Source: Selaginella moellendorffii
Taxonomy: Eukaryota; Plantae; Lycopodiophyta
Assembly: GCF_000143415.4 (NCBI RefSeq)
Contig: NW_003314298.1
Location: 1,472,602 to 1,536,601, forward strand
Reading direction: 5' to 3'
Length of the DNA: 64,000 nt
Shown here: positions 1 through 11,228 of the stretch, piece after piece
Numbering within the stretch: the stretch's first letter is position 1
Layout of the letters: each line of letters starts with the position of its first letter
The notes under the pieces: generated by a model
The model's database searches: none
Told to the model about the DNA's origin: nothing
Seen by the model: the letters and a program-made list of their open reading frames with translations, nothing else
Position numbers and translations under genes: made by a program

Positions 1-79
1 CACATTCTGCTAGGATTTAGCGTATTCCGTTAATATAAGGGATATTCGCCTTCTTCTTCTTCTTCTCGTCGTTTACTTC

Positions 80-1445
80 TCAAGCGAGGAGCCTCTTGAG
101 GTTGTAGGGCTCCGCGGCGCGGAGATCACCAAACCAGAAGTAGCGAAATAGGAAGAGATTAGCTGCCTCGGTGAGATGCACCGAGTCCCAGAAGAGATGC
201 GTCGATGGAACCGGGCAAACGAACGATGAATTGTTGCAACCGCCAGCATGGAACAGTCCATCGCCGCAGCAAGCCTCCCTCGAGTTCGTGAATCCTTGAA
301 AATCATTCGCGTGAATCCATCAGTGCTCGCGACCATGAAGCGAAGATCAAAATCGAAACTTACCATTCTCTAGAGGGGAACGTACCGCATCCATGAGGAG
401 GCCGTAAGGTTTGAGGAAAACCATGGCCAGCTCCGGGAGCTGGAAGAGCATCTTGTTCACAAGGTTGCGCAAGCTTTTGTTGAAGAACGCCGCCATCTCG
501 TTGAGCGTTTGCAAGCAGCCAATCTTCTGGCGACGGGTGATCAATCCCACCTTGGCAACGTAGTAGCGAGCCGCCGGTGCACAGCCGATCGGTCCCACTC
601 CAACCAGCACGATCTTCCTCGCTCCCTGGTTGTACAAAGTCTAGCAAGCGCAAAACCAAGAGCGAGGACAGATCAAAGCAATGCGAAAGCTTCTCTCGAA
701 GAACTTTTGGAGAAGAGAGTTTTTAGAGTGGGCTTACTTTGACAGCGGCCTCGTACTCTTCCATCATCATGCCCACGTAGTAGCGCCACGAGGATCCGAT
801 CCGGCGAAAGCTCGAGTTCGTGGGGAAGTAGAGGGCCTCCAGGTCGTTGCTCCCAATCGCCACTATAAACACCGAATCGCGCAGGATTGTCTTGGCTCGA
901 TCGTCTCCATATCGCTCCCGGAGAAGACCCACGCGCTCCGTGAACTGATCGATCTGCGTCTTAAAGCTCACGGCTCCCTGGAGAAGCACATATAAGCTCG
1001 ATCCAAAGAGAGAGTTCTATACTACGACATCCAGCGATGGAAAACGAGGTTTTGGAAGAACGTATACCGCGTACTCGCCGATCAAACGGCTCCCCGCGGA
1101 CGCAAAGTTTGCTCCAATCTCAAGAACAGCGTCGGGATCCATGTAAGACCGGGTGAAAGGGAGGTTGATCCACTGCGCGAGGAAATCCGCGAGCGTCCTT
1201 CCATCCGAGAATCGCCCCGTGGAGACCTTGAAGTAAGTCTCTCCATACGGCGGGGAGAGCGCCGCGACCGAGGAATTGGGGGGGAGAAACTTTGCGCTAC
1301 CAGCGTCGAGGATGGAGTCTCCAAACACGAACATGGCGGACGCCGGCTTCGTGGGCAACATGGGGGCGCCGGAGGCGATGCGAGCGTGGGACGCGAAGAC
1401 GAGGAGCTCGAGCAAGATGGGCAGCACTGGCACGAAGCTATGCAT
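80..1445 (-). CDS. GDSL esterase/lipase (SGNH hydrolase), 4 exons (about 1445-1068, 977-738, 640-364, ~295-80)
   Basis: Signal peptide, block I FVFGDSILDAG, TGRFSDGR, GANFASAGS, block III IGSND, GARKIVLVGVGPIGC, block V FWDSVH (DxxH). GT-AG introns join the frames; TGA at 82-80. Confidence 0.93.
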
Positions 1446-3033
1446 CGTGGCTGGGATTTGGAGTCGAGGAGCCGGCGAATGCTCGCTATAAATTTGAGAG
1501 TTCTCGCGCATCGTCCCCATGCAGTCGTGATGACGAGTTTTTTTGCGAGGCTTTTTTGGTCCAGAGTCACGCTTCCGGTTTTTTATGTAAGATCGAAACA
1601 CTCGCTTCATGCCAATCTTCTAGAAACATTCCATTGTATTGCATCTTCAAAAGGTGGCAATGGAAAGCTGAGTAAATAGGTGTATTGTTGAGAAGTTCTA
1701 GCAAAGCCAACTCCATGTTTCTTCCTATTGCCAGTGCCTTTATAAACCCATTATACATATTATTATAAGACAGAATTGCTTACCATTTTTTTTAAATAAC
1801 ATAAAAATAATAAGTCATGACAAATAACCAATAAAAAAGAAATCATGGTGTATATATCTCAAGAAATGGTGAAGACAGAGCCCTATCTATCCCAAAAACT
1901 TTTATTTCTTGCTGGATTTTTTAAAAAAAACTAGTAAAATGTTAACATCTTAGCCATTGATTAGGATTATGAAAGAAGAATATTTACAAAATATTCTAAA
2001 CACATAACATAAAAAATAATTTCAGTTATATTTTTAAAGGTACACATTAAATCACATAAATTAATCTTCAAATTTGAGAAATGGAACTGATGGCTATACT
2101 GGAATAAACAAGAAATAACTCTAATAAAGTGAGGAATGAGCATTGTTAGGTAATAAAAGAATAATATCTAAAGCAATATGTAATTTTGATACCTAAACTC
2201 TTATTCACATATATTTCTATAAATGTGTCTCTTTACTAGCAAAATCTTTGTTTTATATTATTCTATTGAAAATAATCTACTTCACTTTTTTATAATGAGT
2301 ATCAAAGTAAATAAAATATTAAATGTCAAAATCTTTATGTAAATTTTACAAACCATCTAAATAAGAATATAAATATAAAAAATCAAAAAAATACTAATAT
2401 AAGAGTATTTAATTTAGCAAATGGATCAAAATATTGAATCCAAAATAAATTTATACAAGAGTTATTACATAAAACTGAGTTTATAAATTTATATGAAAAG
2501 TATTGAATTTTTTTCTTTTTTTTATACAATATATGTTTGGGTAAAATACCCTACTAACTATGATAAACTTAACTTATTCATAAGTTAACTATTACTTTTA
2601 CTAGTAATCTAGAAACAATATACCTTGAAAATACTTGTGCAATCCAACTGCCACTCTGCTCGTGCAAATACACGAAACCAACAATGAGTTTTAAGGTCAA
2701 TGTTTTCACCAATCCTTTCCTCGAGTATGCCAATCACTATCTTCCCTGAATCGTCAGCTTAAATATTCACATCCTTTTCTCTGAGATGAGGGACATATCC
2801 ATTCTTGCAATCTTATACTTATACGCAAAAGGTGGTTAAGAAGGTTTATAAAGCAGCCTTTCAGCTGAAGTGCCAGCTGGCAATTGCATGCAAGGTGCAA
2901 GCAACCAATGGGATAATATTGACGTATCGTTGTGTTGAGAGTAATTCCCATGCAACTTGAAGATAGCACGCAATAAAATTCCAACTTCTAGTATGTTTCA
3001 CAACTTCTTCTTGACAACCTTGAAAACTCTGCC

Positions 3034-3618
3034 TCAGTCCAATCCAGAAGCCGAGCTTTGTCCACTCAACCATTTCTTGTTCTTGGCATTGGGCTTGCAA
3101 GGATTCTTCCCAGCGAAATGCTCTTGTGCTTCCGACACCTTTGGCTGGCCATTCCACAGGAACTGCGTAACATCCTCCACCTTGGACAGCTTGAGCAACA
3201 GGGGTGTCAATCTCTCAAGCTCCTTGTCATCTGCTTCTCCTCTGAATGGCTTGATCTCGATGCCATTGTGCGGGCACAGCCTGAAGTGGAACCTCTCATT
3301 GTCCACCCACACTAGCCGCTTCAACTCATGCCTGACCTTTACCTTGCGCACATCCTTGATGAAACCGGCCCTCGTCCTGGTGCAATCCTCAATGCCGTAA
3401 ACGTCGGTTATAAGCTTTGCACTCGCCCCAAACCCTGCCACCGATTGATCCAGGTGCCTGGAATCCGAGACGCTGAAGATGACAACGCAGTAGGCCATTG
3501 CCATCCTGCTCAAGAACGCCTCCAGCCCAGGCCTGTTCACAATAGTGCTCGCGTTCTTCTTCCATACCAGCGTCTCGTTCAGGTCCAGCACCAAAACGGG
3601 TTTGCGCGCTTCCGCCAT
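3034..3618 (-). CDS. FCP1/NIF (CTDSP/TIM50-like) HAD-family phosphatase domain protein, copy A, variant motif DLNETL
   Basis: VLVLDLNETLV, RPGLEAFL, FIKDVRK, VWVDN, NGIEIKPF...DDKEL...L...DV match the FCP1-homology domain; intronless ORF. Confidence 0.85.
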   Translation of the reverse strand: MAEARKPVLVLDLNETLVWKKNASTIVNRPGLEAFLSRMAMAYCVVIFSVSDSRHLDQSVAGFGASAKLITDVYGIEDCTRTRAGFIKDVRKVKVRHELKRLVWVDNERFHFRLCPHNGIEIKPFRGEADDKELERLTPLLLKLSKVEDVTQFLWNGQPKVSEAQEHFAGKNPCKPNAKNKKWLSGQSSASGLD

Positions 3619-3717
3619 GCCCTGAAAGCCCTGTTATTTAGGGCGTCGTTAAAAAAAAAAGGCCCTCTTCCAAGAGAAATGGCATGAACATTGTCAAGAA
3701 TACTCTCAAACCCGCTC

Positions 3718-4266
3718 TCATTTGCGAGGTACCGGTACCGCTTTGTTTTTGCCCTTGGCCTTGACAAGATTCTTGGCAGACTGCACTTGTGCTTCCGACA
3801 CCTTTGGCTGGCCATTCCACAGGAACTGCGTCACGTCCTCCACCTTGGACAGCTCGAGCAAAAGAGGTGTCAACTTCTCAAGCTCCCTATCATCTGCTTC
3901 TCCTTTGAATGGCCTGATCTCGATGCCATTGTGCGGGCACAGCCTGAAGTTGAGGCGAACATCATCCACCCAGACTAGCCTCTTCATGTTGCACGTAGCA
4001 AGCTTGGACACGTCCTTGACAAATCCCTGTCGGCACCTGGTGCAATCCTTGATGCTGTATACCTCGCTGATCAGATGCGCAAATGCCCCAAACCCGGCCA
4101 CACAATCGTTAACATGCTTTGAGTCTGATGCGCTGAAGATTATGAGCTTGTATACTTGCGCCATCTTGCTGAGGAACGCTTCTAGGCCAGGCCTCTTGAC
4201 GATAGTGGAGTTCTTCCTGCAAATCAGCGTGTCGTCTAGATCCAGCACCAGCACCCCCCTCTCCAT
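3718..4266 (-). CDS. FCP1/NIF HAD-family phosphatase domain protein, copy B, motif DLDDTL
   Basis: DxDxT motif, KRPGLEAFL, VKDVSKL, VWVDD. Tandem paralog of copy A with a near-identical C-terminal segment. Confidence 0.87.
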   Translation of the reverse strand: MERGVLVLDLDDTLICRKNSTIVKRPGLEAFLSKMAQVYKLIIFSASDSKHVNDCVAGFGAFAHLISEVYSIKDCTRCRQGFVKDVSKLATCNMKRLVWVDDVRLNFRLCPHNGIEIRPFKGEADDRELEKLTPLLLELSKVEDVTQFLWNGQPKVSEAQVQSAKNLVKAKGKNKAVPVPRK

Positions 4267-5078
4267 TCCTTCCCGCAGCCCTAATCAGGAATCCGGGATC
4301 GCCGCTGATCACCACCGTCCGTGGCTTTACGCTTTAAATAAAACAATCCCATTGGTCGACAATGTGTTTTATACATGCCACAGGCCATCTTGTGCTCTAT
4401 TTCTTGCGCCCAGGGCTTGTGGCACACGCGCCTAGGGCTTGTTCCAGGTCTCCAAGGGCGGAGCTTTCCAGATCGTCCTTCATTGCGATCAAAGCTTTGC
4501 AATGGTGCGGCGATGCAGCTCCTAGAGGACAAGATTTGCCATCTCATAGAGCACCATCTGTTTGGCGATTGTCCGTGTCGAGTTCTTCCCTCTCGCACGT
4601 AAGAAAAACTTTGGTACGTACTGTTGAATGCCGGACAATCGCAATGCATGACGACAGGCAATACAAAACAAAGTAGTTGTTGCAAGATCAATAAACACCA
4701 ACTCAATCAACAAAATTACTTGTGCTTGGGAATACTTAACATAGGCTTAATTTTATATAATTCAAAAGTTTAAAACACAATTAAAACTAGGTGATATTTA
4801 GAATATAGCTGTGATGAAATCTAAATTTTGAGTTCCTGATGTTTGAAGTTCCTAGAGTTTCAATAGGGGGAACGATTGTGAAAAATTCGTCGACGTTCAA
4901 GAAAACTGCCCATGCAGCCGGCTGCTAACCCAACTGTGTTGCATACGAACTGAGATCGCAATCCTCATGTAGATTCCGCGGCTCGCCGCGCACTGGATCG
5001 ATCGAGACCTCAAATCAATTCATGATAGTTTTTCATGTTACAATAACGCTCAGTTAAGTTTTCTAGGTTTCCAGATCA

Positions 5079-6412
5079 ATGCAGCCGGTAAAGATTGTTT
5101 CCGCGCAGCTCGTTCGGCCATCACACCCATCACGCGCCACCACCAAAAGGTTTGAGCTCACAGGTTTCGACCGAATCATGCAGTACGTCCCCTACCAGAA
5201 GCGAATACTCTTCTACAAATCTTTCGAGGAGGAGCAAGAAGATCTCACTGTGGCGCTCCAGCAAAGCCTGGCCGAGGTATTGCTACCATTCTACCCATTA
5301 GCGGGACGATTGAGAAGCGGGAATGGAGTTTCAGAGCCGGCATTGGAGCTGGATCGCACAGATTTGGGCGTGAGATTCACCCAAGCCGTGACGAGCTCGC
5401 GTCTCAGCGAGCTGGGAGATTTCCAGCCTTGCGAATTTTGTGAATCCCTCTGTGACGTGGAGTGTTCCCCAGAGTTTCCATGGACACCAGATACTCCACT
5501 TCTTTTTCTCCAGGCAAGGTTTTCTTTGGAGTTCTTTAGTGTCTTTGCTGATATATAATTCTTCTTTCTACTCTACCTAAGGTGACTAAGTTCGGATGTG
5601 GAGGCCTTAGCATTGGTGTTTCTGGCAGCCACCAGATCATGGACGGTGTAAGTTTCTGGCATTTCCTAAACTCCTGGGCCGAGTTCTCAAGAACAGGGAA
5701 GATCGCGCACGCGCCCCAGGTGACTTTCGGCTACGAGGAGCGAGATCCAACTCAAGCCATCAAAGAAGTCCCGAGAAAGCCAAGCAAATGCAGCGAGAGA
5801 TCCCAGGAGCTGGGACTCAAGCACTACAAGATGGACAAGGATATGATCGAGAAGCTCAAGCGTGAAGCACCAGGCACCACAACTTTCGAGGTTGTGTGCG
5901 CTCACTTCTGGAAGAAAGTGGTGGTGGCCAAGGGGCTGGAAGGATCGAGCAGCTGCAACTTCATGGTTCTTGTGGATTGCCGCGGCCGGATCAAGTCACT
6001 CCCCTCCAAGTTCTACTTTGGAAACGCGATCTGGTCCTCGGTTGCGACTGCCACCGTCGGCGATCTCGCAAGAAATCCCGTGTCGCATGCCGCGGCTCTT
6101 CTACACGATGCGATCACTAGATTCGACGCAGACAAGGCAGAAGAGAAGTTCCATCAGCGTCGACGTCCACAAGCTCAGCAAGGATCGCAAGTGCTTGGAT
6201 CCAAGCCTTGCTTCACTCTGGTGGCGGTGGAGTCGCCCAAGCAACCGGTTTTCGAGTGTGACTTTGGGTTTGGAAGGCCGGTGGGGATGAGCTTTGGAGC
6301 GAATGATCTTCATGACGGCAAGATCTATCTCTTTCCTCTGGCACCCGGGTCGGGCAGTGGTGTTTCAGTCACTGTTGTTCTTGACAAGGAGTCTCTTGGA
6401 AGAATGCTTTGA
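5079..6412 (+). CDS. BAHD acyltransferase, 2 exons (5079-5513, 5582-6412)
   Basis: FYPLAGRL, conserved Q|VTKFGCGG intron position, HxxxD (HQIMD), DFGFG motif. The intron needs a GC donor. Confidence 0.93.
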
Positions 6413-6438
6413 TTCACACGAGTTCTCTGCGATCTTTC

Positions 6439-7779
6439 ATGAACCCGGCAGCTACTGAGTTGAGCCTCCAGACGCATATCAATCAGCTCAAGAAATCCAG
6501 CGAAAGTTTGCAACCTGCGAGGTACGCTTCTCTTCTTCAAAAGTGTACCGAGCAAAAGTCCGCCGCTGCTGGCAAACTCGTCCACCAGCACATCCTTTCC
6601 TCTGGGTGTGGAGTGAATAGATATATTCAAAACCATCTGATTTTCATGTATGCAAAGTGTGGCTGCCTGGAAGATGCCTTGGAGGTTTTTGAGCTGCTTC
6701 CAAATCCAAATGTTTTCTCGTGGACAGCGCTGATCACCGCCTATGCCAAGGAAGGGCATTTGCGGGAGGTGCTTGGGCTTTTCAGGAAGATGCAGCTAGA
6801 TGGTACTAAGCCAGATGCTTTTGTTTTCAGCACAGTTCTTACAGCATGCTCTAGCGCTGGAGCTCTAAACGAAGGAAAAGCCATTCACGACTGCGCTGTT
6901 TTGGCTGGGATGGAAACACAAGTTGTGGGAAATGCAATCGTCAACTTATACGGGAAATGCGGGAGAGTGCATGAAGCTAAGGCTGTGTTTGAAAGGTTGC
7001 CAGAAAGAAACCTTGTGTCCTGGAATGCTCTCATTGCAGCAAATGCACAAAACGGGCATTGCAAGGATGCGATGCAAGTTTTTCATTTGATGGATCTGGA
7101 TGGTTCTGTAAGACCAAACGATGCTACCTTTGTCAGTGTTGTGGATGCCTGCTCGAACCTTTTGGATCTTCCCCGAGGAAAGTCCACCCACGAACGGATC
7201 ATTCGTACGGGCTTTGATTCCTATCTCTTTGTCGGAAATTCGCTTGTGAACATGTACGGAAAGTGTGGGAGTGTTGACCGTGCTAGGCTAGTATTTGAAA
7301 AGATGAGGTTGCGGGATGTTTTATCGTGGACTTCGTTGATCGCTGCGTATGCCTTAAACGGGCATCGCAGTGCTGCGCTGGAATGGAACCAGAGGATGGA
7401 CTTGGAGGGTATTCCTCCCAACGACATCACATTTGTAAGCATTTTATTTGCTTGCGGCCACTCGGGACTCGTCTATCAGGGGCGAGATTTTTTCGTGTCG
7501 ATGGTGGAAGACCATTCCATTTTGCCAACAATGGAGCACTATGGTTGCATGATCGATCTTCTTGCTCGTGCTGGGTGGCTGGAAGAGGCCACGCAACTTA
7601 TTAATTTGAGCCCATTTGGTCACAAATCGTTTGAGTGGCTAACACTTTTAGGAGCTTGCAAGATGCATGGAAACCAAGGCTTGGCTTCCCAAGTTGCAAA
7701 ACAAGTGTTTGTGAAAGATCCCAAGTCTGCATCGCCATATATGTTGCTCCTTCGAACTAAAACCTGTCGAATGGAATAA
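6439..7779 (+). CDS. PLS-class pentatricopeptide repeat protein with E-type C-terminus, intronless
   Basis: Repeated MY.KCG...A..VF..M...(N/D)V.SW motifs; ACGHSGLV...EHYGCMIDLLARAGWLEEA; WLTLLGACKMHG. First ATG at 6439. Confidence 0.9.
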   Translation: MNPAATELSLQTHINQLKKSSESLQPARYASLLQKCTEQKSAAAGKLVHQHILSSGCGVNRYIQNHLIFMYAKCGCLEDALEVFELLPNPNVFSWTALITAYAKEGHLREVLGLFRKMQLDGTKPDAFVFSTVLTACSSAGALNEGKAIHDCAVLAGMETQVVGNAIVNLYGKCGRVHEAKAVFERLPERNLVSWNALIAANAQNGHCKDAMQVFHLMDLDGSVRPNDATFVSVVDACSNLLDLPRGKSTHERIIRTGFDSYLFVGNSLVNMYGKCGSVDRARLVFEKMRLRDVLSWTSLIAAYALNGHRSAALEWNQRMDLEGIPPNDITFVSILFACGHSGLVYQGRDFFVSMVEDHSILPTMEHYGCMIDLLARAGWLEEATQLINLSPFGHKSFEWLTLLGACKMHGNQGLASQVAKQVFVKDPKSASPYMLLLRTKTCRME

Positions 7780-8374
7780 TAACTACCATTTTATTATTAA
7801 GATCTAAACAAAGAGTGATGTTTCTTAAAGCAAATATTTGTAACTAGCTATACCACCGCAGTAGACTCATTAGCATAAAATACAACAAGTGTAACCTGAA
7901 TCTCACCCATGATACCAAAGAAGTTACTAGTGCCTCCAGTAATAGCTTATTCTGAAACTTGCTGATTACCAATCAATAAGCTCGTTGTTATCAGTATCAG
8001 CAACCAAAACCTCGATTCATATAAAATGGTGGGTCATAATAATTTGTACACTTGAGATTTATCACTAACCAAAACTATACCAAGTAAACCAATGAGGTAT
8101 AAGCAAGCTCAAGCTTAAGCCTGCTAAATAAAATCAGAAAATCGAGTACCAAGAACATAAGCATTAACAAAATCTTTGGGTCACCAATTCCACTATAAAA
8201 TTTCAACATAGGAAAAATTGGACCATATTATTCTTTCTACTAGCAAATGAAAGTAACAAGAGTATCAATACTATCAACACAAGAATTTCAACAAAAATCA
8301 GATCATATTCTTGATATATTTCCCTTAATGCTTCTGAAGTAAAAAAGTAAAGCATTGTACTTAGATTTGATTAT

Positions 8375-10606
8375 ATGAAGTTTATGAGAGTGAGGAGGCT
8401 GTGTACTTCATGTGACGTTGCAACCCACATTCGAAAGTGCGGAAGGCTGCGTGACTTTGAAGGAGGCAAGCGCATCCACAACAATCTCATAGCTTCTTCA
8501 AGGCCAATTGATAGCTATCTCTCAAATCTTCTGGTAGAAATGTATAGTAGATGTGGCAGTGTTACACAAGCATGGCTAGTCTTCAAACAAATCCATGACA
8601 AGAGCGTCTACTCCTGGACTGTTATCATCGCAGCATTTGCCCACAATGGGCATTTTCTTGAGGCATTTGTTCTCTTCCACAAAATGGACTTGGAGGGCGT
8701 TTTGCCGAACAAAGTCACCTTCGTCACAGTCCTGCGAGCATGCACCACCCTCGCACAGTGCGAGAAAATCTTCGCCCGGGTGAAACATCTCGGCTGGGAG
8801 CTAGACACCACCCTTGGAACCGCCTTTGTGAGCACATTCGCAAAGCTCGGGGACTTGGCCGCGGCTAGAGACGCTTTCGAGAATCTCGGCAGCTCCAGGA
8901 ATGTGGTGTCGTGGACCGTGATGATCTGGGCTTACGCGCAGCAGGGTTTCATTCGAGCGGCCTTCGATCTCTACAAGAGAATGGACTGCGAGCCAAACGC
9001 TGTAACTTTCATGGCCGTGATGGATTCCTGTTTGCGTCCAGAGGACTTACCGCGAGCGGAGCAAATCCACGCACACATGGTTGCCTCCGGCTTTGATTCC
9101 GATGCTGTCTTGCAAGTTTGTCTCGTCACCATGTATGGGAAGTGTGGGAGCGTCGACAGCGCTTGGAGCATCTTCGAAAACTTGAAGGAGAGAAGCGTGG
9201 TTGCATGGAACTCCATGCTATCTGCGTTCGCCAGCAACGGGTGTTACGAGAGGAGCTTGAAACTCTACGAAAGAATGCTGCTAGAGGGGAAAACACCCGA
9301 CAAGATCACTTACTTGGCTGTGCTTGATGCCTGCCAGAGCGTTTCCGAGGCCCGGAGGTACGCCGCTACCTTCGAGCTGGAGCTAGATATTGCTGCAAAA
9401 AATGCCGCGGTCAGTGCGTACGCGAGGTGTGGAAGCTTGAAAGAAGCCAAGGCTGCGTTTGATGCAATACAATGGAAGAACAATGCTGTGACATGGAACG
9501 CCATGATCTCCGGCCTTGCACAGCACGGCGAGAGCAAGCAAGCTCTCGAGTGCTTTTGGAAAATGGAACTGGAAGGAGTGAGACCAAACTCGGTCACTTA
9601 CCTCGCAAGTCTAGAGGCATGCTCGAGCTTGAACGATTTGACGAGAGGGAGACAACTCCACGCCAGGATCCTCCTGGAAAACATACACGAGGCAAACCTC
9701 AGCAATGCCGTGATCAACATGTATGGCAAGTGTGGAAGTCTAGACGAAGCAATGGACGAGTTTGCAAAAATGCCCGAGAGAGATGTGGTCTCCTGGAACA
9801 CAATGATAGCAACATACGCTCAACACGGCAGTGGAAGACAAGCACTAGAGTTTTTCAAGCAAATGGACCTGGAAGGATGGACTACGGACAGAGCAACGTA
9901 CCTGGGAGCGATCGACGCGTGCGGCAGCGTTCCATCTCTAGCTCTCGGAAAAACCATCCACTCCATCGTCGCCACTGCTGCTCCATGCCTGGAACAAGAT
10001 CCGGGAGTCGCCACAGCGCTCGTCACCATGTATGCTCGGTGTGGAAGCCTGCACGACGCAAAGTCAGTGTTCTGGAGATCTCACTCGCGGAACCTCGTTA
10101 CCTGGTCGAACTTGATCGCTGCGTGTGCTCAGCACGGCCGAGAGAACGAGGCCCTGGATCTCTTCCGCGAGATGCAGCTCCAGGGAACCAAGCCCGACGC
10201 TCTAACTTTCAGCACGCTCGTCGCGGCTTGCAGCCGGCGAGGAGTCGTGAAAGATGGCGTCTTCTACTTTGTGTCCATGGTGGAGGACTACAGCATCCCG
10301 GCGAGCGAGGACCACTTTGGAGGGATGGTCGATTTGCTGGGACGAGCAGGCTGGCTGGAAGAGGCCGAGCAAGTGATGCGAAAGAATCCTTGCGCTTTGG
10401 CTCACGCTGTTTTGCTGGGAGCTTGTCACGTCCACGGCGATGTCGAGCGAGGGATTCGCATCGCTCAGAGCGCTCTCGAGTTGGATTGGAAGAACTCGGC
10501 ATCGTATATCACCATGTCTCACATGTACGCTGGCGCTGGATCACGGCAAGAGTTTCACGAGTTAGAGACCAGCTTATCAGAAGAACTTGGATCACTCACC
10601 TCTTGA
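8375..10606 (+). CDS. PLS-class PPR protein (E-type), intronless
   Basis: 743-aa ORF of P-L-S repeats ending DHFGGMVDLLGRAGWLEEA...LLGACHVHGDVERG...ASYITMSHMYA. Confidence 0.92.
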   Translation: MKFMRVRRLCTSCDVATHIRKCGRLRDFEGGKRIHNNLIASSRPIDSYLSNLLVEMYSRCGSVTQAWLVFKQIHDKSVYSWTVIIAAFAHNGHFLEAFVLFHKMDLEGVLPNKVTFVTVLRACTTLAQCEKIFARVKHLGWELDTTLGTAFVSTFAKLGDLAAARDAFENLGSSRNVVSWTVMIWAYAQQGFIRAAFDLYKRMDCEPNAVTFMAVMDSCLRPEDLPRAEQIHAHMVASGFDSDAVLQVCLVTMYGKCGSVDSAWSIFENLKERSVVAWNSMLSAFASNGCYERSLKLYERMLLEGKTPDKITYLAVLDACQSVSEARRYAATFELELDIAAKNAAVSAYARCGSLKEAKAAFDAIQWKNNAVTWNAMISGLAQHGESKQALECFWKMELEGVRPNSVTYLASLEACSSLNDLTRGRQLHARILLENIHEANLSNAVINMYGKCGSLDEAMDEFAKMPERDVVSWNTMIATYAQHGSGRQALEFFKQMDLEGWTTDRATYLGAIDACGSVPSLALGKTIHSIVATAAPCLEQDPGVATALVTMYARCGSLHDAKSVFWRSHSRNLVTWSNLIAACAQHGRENEALDLFREMQLQGTKPDALTFSTLVAACSRRGVVKDGVFYFVSMVEDYSIPASEDHFGGMVDLLGRAGWLEEAEQVMRKNPCALAHAVLLGACHVHGDVERGIRIAQSALELDWKNSASYITMSHMYAGAGSRQEFHELETSLSEELGSLTS

Positions 10607-10778
10607 AGAAATCTTGTGCGCTGATAGTCGAAGAGATCGCAAGAACTCGAGAAACAATGAGGATGAATGATCAATCAGCCATTCAAGGAAAAGAGATTTT
10701 CTACATCAGAGGAGATCGATCTGATCGAGTCGAGCGGTGAATTTCTACTAGCTAGCGGCTACGTTTCCTTGCCCTCGC

Positions 10779-10970
10779 TTACGCGATGTCGGTGTCGTCA
10801 AAATCATCCTCGAAGCTGTTGAAGAAGTCGAGATCGCAGGGCTTGTTGTCGACGATGGCGTCGCCCAGCATCTCGATGCCGTCGCCGTCGATGTCCATGT
10901 CCATCGCGACGCTGCCGCCCACGCCCTGATCCTCGACATCGCCCGCCACATACACTGGGAATGGCTTCAT
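10779..10970 (-). CDS. SMAP1: Small acidic protein 1 (SMAP; CSN9/CSNAP-like)
   Basis: 63 aa; AMDMD and C-terminal F/D-rich DNK..D.DFFNSFEDDFDDTDI match plant SMAP1. Confidence 0.9.
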   Translation of the reverse strand: MKPFPVYVAGDVEDQGVGGSVAMDMDIDGDGIEMLGDAIVDNKPCDLDFFNSFEDDFDDTDIA

Positions 10971-11228
10971 CGCCCGCGCTTCCCTCCTCCAAACCCTAGA
11001 ACAAGATCTCCGACCGATGGGACGAATATACCCTTAGGGCAACGTTCACTGGGATATTCCTAACCAACTTGACCATTGACTAGGACTGTACAGGGCTATT
11101 GTCTGGCTTTCTTTTGGCCCCTGGGAGTACGCTCGTGTTTCTCGAGCAAGAGTTCTGGCAAGCCTCGAATGGCGGTGATTTTCCTGGAGAGAAAACCAAG
11201 TGAGAAACACCACGATCGAGAAGATCTC

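Noticed and set aside
1700-2640. Very AT-rich stretch
   Set aside because: No terminal repeats, ORF or periodicity seen; treated as intergenic or promoter DNA.
9472-10740. 422-aa alternative-frame ORF inside a PPR gene
   Set aside because: Explained by GC-rich codon usage; Arg-rich and without domains.
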